A stretch of 63,308 bases of DNA, filler included, from Reticulomyxa filosa (lineage: Eukaryota; Protista; Foraminifera): NCBI GenBank assembly GCA_000512085.1. It is 17 parts of 17 records of this genome, joined end to end, with 100 filler letters (N's around TTAATTAATTAA, not from the genome) between each part and the next. Parts side by side here need not be neighbours in the genome. Positions count along the whole stretch, not along the records: positions 44,905 to 53,334 come from ASPP01010557.1; positions 53,435 to 55,579 come from ASPP01004023.1; positions 55,680 to 61,944 come from ASPP01016235.1; 14 more parts are not named here. One strand, 5' to 3'. The position numbers and the translations under genes were made by a program. The notes beneath the pieces were generated by a model that was given only the letters and a program-made list of their open reading frames with translations, was not told where the DNA came from and did no database searches. Below are positions 49,901-59,224 of the stretch, piece after piece (positions within the stretch are counted from its first letter, which is position 1; every line of letters starts with the position of its first letter).

Positions 49901-52582
49901 ATTCCCTTGAATAAACATTTCAAATCCTAGATTTTGACAATATTGTTGAAATGCCAGTTTGGCCTTTTTAGGATTTGTTTGAATTCTTAATTCTGACAAT
50001 TTTTTGGAAATATTTTCAACATGAATATCAATCCATTGTTCATTGAATGCTTCATAAACTTGTGCTTTTGATATTTTGGTTCCTGCAGAATGCTTTTTCA
50101 TTAATGATGGCAATACAGTTAATATCATTCGAAGTAAAAATGGCTCTTCCATCATTTTATTCAAATTTGGATAATTTTTTAATGTTTCTTCATATTGTCG
50201 CACTGTCCAATCCAAATTATCATTCACTTTATTTTTTTTATTCATTTTCACAAACTTATTAATGTATCCATTCATTTGTTCCTTTGAAAAAGGCCATAAA
50301 TATGTCATCGATGTAATTGTTGTATTATTTGGACCAATTAAAACCTGTTTAATATCTTCATCATTTAACACATGACTTCGGCAGCTAACAATGATCTTTG
50401 CATTCCATTCACTTAAATTAAAGCGATTGTAAAAATATCTTTCATTGTCATTATTTTTGTCATATTTATCAAATATTTCATCAAATCCATCCAAAATAAA
50501 TACAAACGAAATATTTTCACGAATCACGTCAATTATTTCTTTATTGATTTGTTTCATTTGTAGAGCCTGAGAGATAATATGTTTTTCATTTAATTCATTA
50601 TAACATTTTGGTAATGAAATATACACAGGAATGGACGCTGAAGAACCATTTGTACATAATTCCCATAAAGATTCTTCCAAATGACGACCAAATAAACTTT
50701 TTCCTGACCCTGATTTTCCCTGCAATATCATTACCTTAGCTTGTTTTCGCTGTTCGCTTTTTTTCTCTTCATTTTCTTCTCTTAACAAATCAATTATATG
50801 TTGATGACAATCATATGAGTCATTTTTTTCATTATCGTCATTATCAGTGTATGAATAATTATTTGCTTGCAAGGAAATATATGTTTCAAGAGCTTGTAAC
50901 ATGGTCACATCCTCTTCTAGTTCTTGTTTCCTTGCTTTTTCCATTATCAATACAACATCAGCACAACTTGCTGGATTCATTTCGCCGATAATATGTTTCT
51001 TGAAATATTCAAATAAAATTACATGAATAGCTTTACCTTTCATTTCCTTTGGATTGAATTTACAAAGTTGATCATAAACAAACTTGATCAATTTTAATGT
51101 GATATCATTTTTGGCATTGGTTTCTTCTTCGTGTATTACTTTTAATTGAGGAGGTTTCAATATTCGAATTTCTGAATGTGGTTTGTAACGACTTGCAATT
51201 TTTTTAATTTCTTTTGTATCAATCCATTCACAGATGACATCATTGATTTTAGTCAATGTTTCGTCACTTGATTGTTTTAATTCATCTTCTGATGGATTAT
51301 TGGGTTCCCATGCTCTAATATGTTCATAAAATAAATGGCTTAATTTTGGGTTTTCGATGACAGTGTATCCTTCTAATGTTGTAAAACTCTTCAATGTTGC
51401 TTGCATTTCAATATATACATCATGTTTTGGAACATACAGTTTAATATTATGAAATCGATGATGTGTCTTTGATTGTTTACCAAAAAAGTCTTTATCTTCA
51501 GACACAATCAAATTGAATTGCTCTGCCTTCTTTATCACTGCAACAGCAGTTTGTAATTTGGTTGGATTATCACATAAAATTGTAAATCTTCCAATATCAA
51601 ATGCTTGATTAAAATCACCACCATAGTCTGCTTGAATCTTTTCCAATAATCTTTCATTTCCTTTTAAACTTGGTGGTTTCACAACAGTAATCTCATATCT
51701 CTGCAGTTCTGTCACCAAATTTTTAATTTCGATACTATTCATTGCATGTTCACTTCGTTCTCTCAAATTTTCAATATTCATTGCATGTTGTCTTATTTTA
51801 TTTGCTTTCAATTCATAAGACAATCCAGATTTGATTGTATATGAGCATTGGTAATTGTTATCCTTGATAGATGCTAAATCACCACTTGCACCAATTGAAT
51901 ATTCGGAATTATAAAACATTGCTTTGACAATTGATGTGACTGTTGATCTTTTACAATCAGGACAACTAAAAGATGTCTTATCTGATACAAATGTGATATT
52001 GTCAAATCCGATATTAACCCACACTAGTAATTTGGCTTTTGATGCCAAACAAGTGTCATTGCTGCAATATCCTTGCAGATTAATTCCTGGCTTTGTTTCT
52101 CCAATTTCTGTTTTTTCAACTTCCTTTTGCACACTCTTGCTTTTATTATCGCTTTCATTCGCTTCTTCTCTTTGTTCTCCTTTCTGTGTATTATTCAAAA
52201 AAGAGTGAAATAAATAGATGAACAGAAAAATTACTTTATTATTACCTGCTCTATATTCTTCAATTCGTTGGCTTTGCTTTCTGCTTCTAATTTGTTCTTT
52301 TTTTGTGTTAAAGATTGAATGTCCAACACCACTCAATAAAAATACATGTAATACCTCTTTTTCAATTGATTGCTGAACAAGATCTTCAATTATCAATTCA
52401 ATATCTCCATTGTGACGTGCTATCTTCTGTTGCAATTCTTCTTTGTTAATTGAATCTCCGAATAATCGAATCAGCATTTTTATTTTTTTTACATACATGT
52501 TGTCTCCTTCGTTTGTAACTTTAGAACTGTTGTTGTCTTGCATTCCTCCATTGCATTTTACTTTATCTATTAACAGTGACAT
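47000..52582 (-). CDS. NLR-like STAND protein: CUE/UBA-like + Cys-rich module + RelA/SpoT-type nucleotidyltransferase domain + NACHT NTPase + pentapeptide repeats + 16 WD40 repeats
   Basis: Walker A GKSGSGKS (50696-50719), Walker B FVFILDGFDEI, winged-helix FLHKSCQEYYAA, pentapeptides (~49165-49300) and 16 GH...WD repeats (~47170-49160). RelA/SpoT-like motifs LKGNERLLEK-DYGGD-DIGRFTI-KDF-EMQ-HLFYEHIR at ~51310-51690. Two predicted introns (52297-52354, 52184-52245) give ~1820 aa. Confidence 0.92.
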   Translation of the reverse strand: MSLLIDKVKCNGGMQDNNSSKVTNEGDNMYVKKIKMLIRLFGDSINKEELQQKIARHNGDIELIIEDLVQQSIEKEVLHVFLLSGVGHSIFNTKKEQIRSRKQSQRIEEYRAGNNKVIFLFIYLFHSFLNNTQKGEQREEANESDNKSKSVQKEVEKTEIGETKPGINLQGYCSNDTCLASKAKLLVWVNIGFDNITFVSDKTSFSCPDCKRSTVTSIVKAMFYNSEYSIGASGDLASIKDNNYQCSYTIKSGLSYELKANKIRQHAMNIENLRERSEHAMNSIEIKNLVTELQRYEITVVKPPSLKGNERLLEKIQADYGGDFNQAFDIGRFTILCDNPTKLQTAVAVIKKAEQFNLIVSEDKDFFGKQSKTHHRFHNIKLYVPKHDVYIEMQATLKSFTTLEGYTVIENPKLSHLFYEHIRAWEPNNPSEDELKQSSDETLTKINDVICEWIDTKEIKKIASRYKPHSEIRILKPPQLKVIHEEETNAKNDITLKLIKFVYDQLCKFNPKEMKGKAIHVILFEYFKKHIIGEMNPASCADVVLIMEKARKQELEEDVTMLQALETYISLQANNYSYTDNDDNEKNDSYDCHQHIIDLLREENEEKKSEQRKQAKVMILQGKSGSGKSLFGRHLEESLWELCTNGSSASIPVYISLPKCYNELNEKHIISQALQMKQINKEIIDVIRENISFVFILDGFDEIFDKYDKNNDNERYFYNRFNLSEWNAKIIVSCRSHVLNDEDIKQVLIGPNNTTITSMTYLWPFSKEQMNGYINKFVKMNKKNKVNDNLDWTVRQYEETLKNYPNLNKMMEEPFLLRMILTVLPSLMKKHSAGTKISKAQVYEAFNEQWIDIHVENISKKLSELRIQTNPKKAKLAFQQYCQNLGFEMFIQGNQVATEDDYKEDDRIWSKLDPIIETDIKNTDEKLELQINGDNTSVINTQDIWEEYFNGDSIAKYVLRRVGNNKYQFLHKSCQEYYAAQKIIFDILSWKPNIIGIVDINNQQFQQHFETHVQHLSINFKLLNEELEIIHFIAERIHDLNPIFINLKSRLFRIVESSKDNKNVSIAAANAITILNSANINMDYQNWNNIKIPYAILDRAFLEGTNFSNANLDNVSFYQTCLTKVNFTNASMNGIYFGEYAYLEGHTDYISGIQFSPDWTKIISFSGDKTIRIWDASSGKQLHVLEGHTDIIKAVEFSHDGSKILSCSYDKTVRVWDVLSGQEIPILKGYSDGILAAQFSPDDSMIVFCSNGTIRIWDIASKEQTQLLQGHPVWTNKAQFSSDGSKIVSCSSDKSIRIWDLSSGKQLLSLEGHSNTVIAAQFISNGSKIISYSSDKSIRVWDAHLGQQLQILEGHTDDINGIQLSSDESKVLSYSEDKTIRIWDLSSGNSIQVLEGHSVTVNSARFSPDSSRVVSGSSDSTIRIWDTSTGKQLQILEGHSQTVNGVEFFPNESKILSCSEDKTIRIWDIALERKIQLAEGHLNILTGVKFSPDGSKIGSCSVDKTVRLWDVQSGKQIQVFMGHSDIVVGLLFSADGSKIVSYSDDKTIRIWDVASGRQLHLLEGHSDWVKKVQFSPDGSKLVSCSIDDNIILLWDISSGRKIQEFEGHSDGVNGVQFSSDGSKIVSCSYDRTVRLWDVLSGRQLQIFEGHTNMVEGAQFSLDGSKIISCSWDRTIRMWNVASGKQLLLFEGHGDMVSEVQFSPDDTKIVSSSYDKTIRLWDILSGKQIQIFEEHSDHIQGIQFSPDGSKIISYSQDKTIRIWDVSSGKQIQLLEGHIGGIYGAQLSPDGSKLVSCSMDKTIRLWGSDNGKIVDVTETDVVDYIWKAGIQSGLSMKGSIWKNTKDLTPQQKLLVEQRGGIL
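47170..49160 (-). repeat. Coding tandem array of 16 WD40 units (~126 bp, 42 aa)
   Basis: Consensus LEGHxxxVxGVQFSPDGSKIVSCSxDKTIRIWDxxSGKQLQI, counted 16 times in the translation. Confidence 0.92.
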
Positions 52583-54081
52583 ATTTTCATAATTTATGCA
52601 GTCATATATTGCTTTGCTGTTATAATTTTTTTGTAAGAATATACAAATATTTCAATTAACCCACCAGAATCCCTGTCATCGACAATATTTGCAAAATATC
52701 TAAATGGGTTTACAATGAACAATAATGCTAAAGAGAGATTAGCACTACTTAGTGTCTTTATTAGTTTGCCAACAACATGTTAGAATACAAACCTTTTTCA
52801 TTGTCCGAAAAACCGATAAAACACAATTAGAAATAAAATCAACCTCAAAACATTCCATGTCGTTCCTCTTGTCGCAATTACGCATCATTCCTAAAAACGA
52901 TCATGCAGGGTTTTGTTAAGAAAAAATATAGGTGAACGCTTTTGCGCAAGAAAAAAACTTATAGTTAGGTCTTGAATATTCTTTTGAAAAAGGCACTAGG
53001 GTGTAGTCACTTCATTTGAAAAACTGCATTAATTTGTAATGTGCAAAGCCATATTCCACGGAAAACATGTACTATTATTAAAGTTGTTTATTTAAATTTG
53101 ATTGAATTGTGAATTATTTGTGTTTGTTTATTAATAAAATTCATTTTAAAAAATTTGTTTTCAATATTATTCAAAATGAGATAATTGAAACTAATAAATA
53201 AATAATAACATTTATTTGTAAATGAATACATGAATTTGTAGATTTAAATTATGTAAAAGATGCAAAATTTTCTCCTGATGGTTTATATGTCATATTTTAT
53301 TTGGGAAATGGCCTTATTCATATACACAATGTACNNNNNNNNNNNNNNNNNNNNNNNNNNNNNNNNNNNNNNNNNNNNTTAATTAATTAANNNNNNNNNN
53401 NNNNNNNNNNNNNNNNNNNNNNNNNNNNNNNNNNCCCCCAGGTTCGCCCTCCCCGACCCAAGCCAACTGCAGCCGGTATGAACATTCGCAATATATAATT
53501 TCAATTACTACTATTGAGGTAGTATAAAACCTCATTCTTCTCTTGATCCCTTACCTTATATATTTTTTCATTCATCACACTTTTTTTTTCTTCATTTTTT
53601 TTTTTCAATAGGAAAATCATTAATCAAAACTGAGTTTTGCAATGGAAAAAAAGTTGATGTTTCACTATTGGAATTCGCCGAGAAAACATTTTACAAAAAA
53701 TCTTTTTCGAAAATGCAACTTTTCAAACGTCGAAAATGTAGACAGAACCACGAGCGCAAGCAAAATGTTACTTTTCTTTAATATAAAAAATAAACAATCA
53801 ATCCAACATCAAACCCTTACGTCCTAAGAAAAACAAAGGAAAATCATTTGACTTGGTTTACAAACTCAATCGTTTAGAAAAAAACCTAAAAATAAAATAA
53901 TTAAAAATAACAAGAAAGCTTTTTAACCTTTTCAACAACCCCAATTTATTATGTATTATTATTTTTTGTTCCTTGTTAATGACTTTTTTTACCTTGCAAG
54001 AAAAAAGACAACTAAGCAAATGTAGGGGACATCAATAACAAAGAAACCTTTGGACGGAGATTTGTTTCAAAACAATAATTG

Positions 54082-55579
54082 TTATTCTTTCAAACAAGAC
54101 TCCCAGTTTTGCAACAAAGGCTGTAAAACAATGAGGTTGTCCCAGACAAACTTGGAACCGTCATGAACTTCCCAATGTTCAATTTGAAGTGGATTCATGA
54201 CATCCCCTTTCCCTAAAACATTGGCTACGTCGTCATTGCGCAGGCCACGTTTGTCAAACAACCATTGTTCTGATTCCGAGTGATATCGAATTACCCATTC
54301 GTTTTTTTGTACTTTTTGATGATCGTCATTGCTGTCAATATTAATTTTCAAATCTGTCTCCTTTTCTTGTTCAGTATTATCATCATCTTTGTTAAAATCC
54401 TTCTGTTCATAACCGTATTCATTGGCCGTACCGATTGTGTGTTTTGTAGTTTCTGTGTCATCGTGAAAAGAGCCTTTCGAGAGATGTGACGAGTTTACCT
54501 TTTGCTGAGGCTCGTCATGAGTGCTATCATCTTTACTGAGTTCATTATCTTGTTTTCTATACCATGCGCGACCACAGTGTAAAGAAGATTGTTTTTGATA
54601 CACTCCATTCATTTGAGTATTAATTCCTTTTCGTCCTGACACTTTCAACAAATTGGGGGCTTCAAGCAAATTCAATTTGCGGAACAAATAGAAATCATCA
54701 AATCCTTGTAAAGATACTTTGTCATGTATGATATTTTTCTCGTTATTCACATCATCCGTGTAACGCCACACCTTTTGCATATTTTTATTGAAGTGATTTG
54801 ATGAGCAAATGATAATTCTGCTACAAAGGAAATAATTTAACATATATGACATTGTTTGTTTATTTGTGTGAGTTTGAGATTGTCGTGTACCACCCCAAAA
54901 CTGCTTTGCAAGGACTGCGACTGTTACTCGTATTTGAAAAACGATTGCACCCAGCTAAAATGGTGAATTCGGATTCGAAGCTATTTGTGTTTTGCAATGA
55001 CGACGAGGGCAAAGTAGTAGATAGTAAAACACTGGAGCTGAAAGTGCCAGTGTCCAAAGGCTTGGATGGAGAATTTTTGTTAGGCTGTGCTTTAACAAAT
55101 ACCCATTTGAAATTCGGATGCCAACGAATGAAATAATCATCTTTATGGCGTTTTCGATACACTGTATGTTGATAAATAATGCACGGTTCCCGTCGGTACA
55201 CTCCATTTAACCCCACCAATTCAGTTTTGAAATCTTTTTGATTGTCTCCAATCACGTGAAATCCAGTGACATAGATATAGGCCGGTGTGCTGATCATCAC
55301 TTCCGTCCATGACAGTTGCATTTCGCTGTGACGTATAATATCCGCTTGTACGTGTGTTTCCACATCCACTGCACTTGCGACATACATACAGCCACACTTG
55401 TGAAACGGGCATTTGATCTTCTCTTTTTCTTTCATATTTGCGTTTGCACTCATTGCCGTCATTGCACCTCTGCCATGTTGATGATGCAGCAATCGCTGCA
55501 AACTTAAGCTCTTTGTCATTGTCCCGTTCATATCGTTATTGATGTTATCCTCACTATTATTATTATTATTATTATTATT
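54082..55579 (-). CDS. Hypothetical protein: TRAF-type zinc-finger-like motif followed by two copies of an unnamed beta-rich domain; 5' truncated
   Basis: CPFHKCGC-x11-H-x7-H. Two related segments: YVTG...LNGVYRRE...VYRK...FIRW...W and KVSG...MNGVYQKQ...WYRK...VIRY...W. Intron near 54790-54870. Confidence 0.55.
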
Positions 55580-55679
55580 NNNNNNNNNNNNNNNNNNNNN
55601 NNNNNNNNNNNNNNNNNNNNNNNTTAATTAATTAANNNNNNNNNNNNNNNNNNNNNNNNNNNNNNNNNNNNNNNNNNNN

Positions 55680-56325
55680 CAAGATGCACAACCTACTTTA
55701 ATTGTGCAGCACACAATTGTTGTTTGACCAGAAGTACTTTATTTTGTTCCACAGTTCCATGGCTACGTGGTAATCCTTGACTTGTCTTTGTAAGGTTCTC
55801 ATAAGTCGTTAACACTTTTGTCATTGTCTGTTGTGTATCATAAAAAAAAAAAAAAAAAAAAAAAAAAGATAATAATAATGACGTATAAGAATAGTGATAA
55901 GATATGATACAAACTTGAATAAAAACTTTCTGTGCGAATGTAGTGGATTCAAGTGACTCACGCTGTGGATTTGTGAGAATAGGGAAGCCACAACGTGCCA
56001 GGCATGCATTGATTTCGGTCCATTGTGGGTGTGTAAAATCGATGACAGCTTGGTGTGTTGGGTCGGACATGGGATCGAAAATATGACTCGGTTGGAACAG
56101 CAGTGCACTCTGTGCATTGGTGATACGTTTATTGTCGCTTTTCGATTCGTCTGAGAGGGGTCCCATTATGTCAGTGCTGCCATCGCTGCCACTGTGCAAT
56201 GGAAATGCCAGTTGTTCAGTGTTGATCGTGTCGCAAGCAAGAGACTCACTAACATTACTGCTCTCAAAATCGTTCCGTAAAGGAAAGTCCTCACTCTCCT
56301 TGTTTTTTTGCAAGTGAACACACAA
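55680..56325 (-). CDS. Hypothetical protein fragment (weak resemblance to the CEP70 N-terminus)
   Basis: Coding-like ORF containing one intron-like poly-T stretch. QWTEINACLARCGF...MTKVLTTYEN is followed by coiled-coil-like residues. The family resemblance is weak. Confidence 0.4.
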
Positions 56326-57748
56326 TTCAAATACAATTCAATTTCATAATTTTTTTTCAAAATTCTCTCTCTCCTTCTGTTTTTAAGGTATAGAAACAAA
56401 TAACACACACATAAAAAGTTTGTAGTCCTCAACGGGAAGCATTTCTGAATTGAAAATAGCTTTTGAACTGGCCTTGTGAAGTGGGGACACGCCAACACAA
56501 TTTTGTGCACTTGAATCTTTGAAAACTAGAGAAAGAGAAAAATTGTTTCACACGATATTATCTCAAAGCTTATTTGGTTTTTTCTTTTTTTTAAAAAAAA
56601 ATCACATTCTGTGGCAAGTGAATCGCTTTCGTCGTGAGTGATTGGGAGATTTGTATTACTTGCAGCAGATGGTTTTTGTCGTGATGTGAACAATAATTCG
56701 GAGCGTGCTTTTTTTTCAAAAAAAACAAAACATCAAACGTTTGTCTTGTTTTTCAATAATCAAAGACATACAACTGATTTAGTTATTTATTTTGTGTAAA
56801 CTAAACGTAATGACTGCTCTTCGTCGTGGTGAAGCAAAATACTAGAGTCTTGCTCATTTGGCTCTACTTCCGTAGTTGAAAGTGTTTTCCAAATGTTTTG
56901 TGTCTCACGAATAAGAGCATCTAAATCATCGTCATTTATAGTTGAACTCAGGGTTGTCATCACTCAACCACTCTTTGGACAAGAAAATACTAACAATTAT
57001 GAAGACATTTCAATGACAAAAATTGGACTCGTCTACTTGGATTTTCCTTTTAAAAACTACACAAAAAAAAGTATTAACTTCAACTTATTATTAAGTAAAA
57101 TATATCAATCTAAAAACAAAAAACGTGCAAATACCATTTTAATTAATTAATCGTTGTAAAAAGAACAATTTACAATTGCACATTTACATGAACAAAAGTA
57201 ATTCAATCGGTTTTGTAGAATATAGTCTTTTACACTTATAATAGACCAGTTTGTGTAATTGACTGGTTGAACACAATTGACCAATCAATACCACATATTG
57301 GTTCAAAGCAATTCGAATTTCGCCTTATTGCAGAAGACACTGAATTGTTTTGTAAAATTCCATAATTGGTGTCAACACCAAAGAACTGCACATACAAACT
57401 ACAGCCACAAATACATGCAATTCAAGGTCAAACATCTTTCTATGACCCTTCCATATTGGTTTTCATTCTAGATATTCAAATTATGAATAGTTTTTTGTAA
57501 CTAGTTTTTGTTCTTGCTCATTTTGTATTAATGGAATAATAAATATTATAATTTTTTTTATGTTCTCAACAAAACTTAAATGAAGATTATCCATTTATCT
57601 TTTTCTAAATACGAAAAATAGTACATTATGTCATAATGTATATTTATGCAATCAAAATATATTTACAACAAAATTAACTTATAAAAATGAAAATAATTAA
57701 TGATATATTGTTTGTTTTTTTAATTGGAAAAGATATAAATAAAATATA

Positions 57749-59224
57749 CAGCTGCGACAAAAAAAATTAGACAACCTTAAAATATGAACTTTTTGTGTTT
57801 CTAGCGAAAATTTTAGTAGCAAATTGTGATTATTTTTTCTGGTTTACTGGATATATGTTTACACTTTTATAAGTAATTTGTAAAAACAATAAACAAAAAT
57901 TTAGAAAAGTTGTTTGAAGAAAAAAATTTTCAAAAATAATTTGAATTGAGGCAATATCCAAATCACATTGATGTATGTAGCAGAATGTATTTGCTTTTTA
58001 CAAAATTATTTACAAGAAGATGCTTCCACAATATATATATAATAACTACCGTTACAAACAAATAAAAACAAACAAAAATTCTTAATATTCCATATGCCCA
58101 CCCATTGCTTTGATCAAAGCTTTTATCATCATTGATTCCAATAACGTTCTACAAATATCTTTGTCAATCTCTTCCCATTCTCAAACACATCACAAAGCCG
58201 CTTCAAAGATGTAACGTCATGGTTTTTGGTGGATCTTCATCTTTATAATTCGCCACATATTCTCGATTGTATTGACTTGTGACAAGATGCATTGTCTTGA
58301 TGAAAGATAAAGTCCATGATACTTTTCTTCGAGACAATATTGACTAGAGTTTCACATTTCGTCAGCGAGAATCTCTTTATACAACTCAGAGTTAACAGTT
58401 AATGTGATTTTTGCGTCATCACCGACTCATCCACCAACATTCAAATCAGGTTTAGTATTACGATCATAAATCATTTCATTATGTCTTCGCAAATGTATTC
58501 TTATATTCACTTCCGAAACGATTTATTTTCGTTTTAAAAAAAAAATCACTTTCTCCAATCACTTTTGGTCTATAATTTTTGTTTTTTGACGAAGTATAGA
58601 TACAACTTTTATGGCGCTTAGTTAAACTATGCTTTTTGATAAGTATGCAATCATTTAAACAATGGAATTTTAAAAAGTTCTTCAAAGTGCTCAAGGAGAA
58701 CGCTCTTTTATATGTTCGTACGAGTAATCGCCGCAAATATATGATGTTTGTGCTTCTCCAGAGTAAATTAAGCGATTCGCAAGACTAACATCTCTGTCAG
58801 TCCACGTTTTAGGACATCTAGATCCTCTTTTGCATGTAATCGTTCTACTGTTGAGGATGAATCACAAATTGCTAGACTCACGATATGACATTAACATACT
58901 TATTCTTTCAAATAAAATTTATTGTTGTATTCTAGACAGCTTGTGAGTCATTACTAGAAGCAAAGAATAACAATAAAAAAACAACTTGTTGCAATGTCGA
59001 AAAATAAAATCTTATATGGAAAATTGTGATCGCAACTAAAGCAAAATTTTTTTCTTCAAACAACTTTTCTAAATTTTTGTTTATTGTTTTTACAAATTAC
59101 TTATAAAAGTGTAAACATATATCCAGTAAACCAGAAAAAATAATCACAATTTGCTACTAAAATTTTCGTTAGAAACACAAAAAGTTCATATTTTAAGGTT
59201 GTCTAATTTTTTTGGTCGCAACTT
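57749..59224 (-). mobile_element. Tc1/mariner-family DNA transposon, 1476 bp, ~180-bp TIRs, TA target duplication, defective
   Basis: 57749-57930 is the near-perfect reverse complement of 59043-59224. TA at 57747-48 and at 59225-26. Transposase remnants lie inside. Confidence 0.92.
58082..58951 (-). pseudogene. Tc1-like DDE transposase pseudogene
   Basis: Minus-strand remnants KKHSLTKRHK, TVNSELYKEIL, FIFHQDNASCH, NTIENMWRIIK and EWEEID...ESM...ALIKAMGGHMEY*, all typical Tc1 motifs. Stops, frameshifts and deletions are present. Confidence 0.88.

Noticed and set aside
47187-52208. Short plus-strand ORFs inside the NLR gene
   Set aside because: They are antisense shadows of the WD40 and NACHT coding sequence.
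32002-52582. A physical 'defence island' of RNF213-like, ART-like and NLR genes
   Set aside because: The three genes are on different contigs separated by artificial linkers, so no linkage can be inferred.
47000-52582. NLR gene as bacterial contamination
   Set aside because: It has two well-formed spliceosomal introns near the 5' end, host-like AT content, and a eukaryotic-style gene on the same contig.
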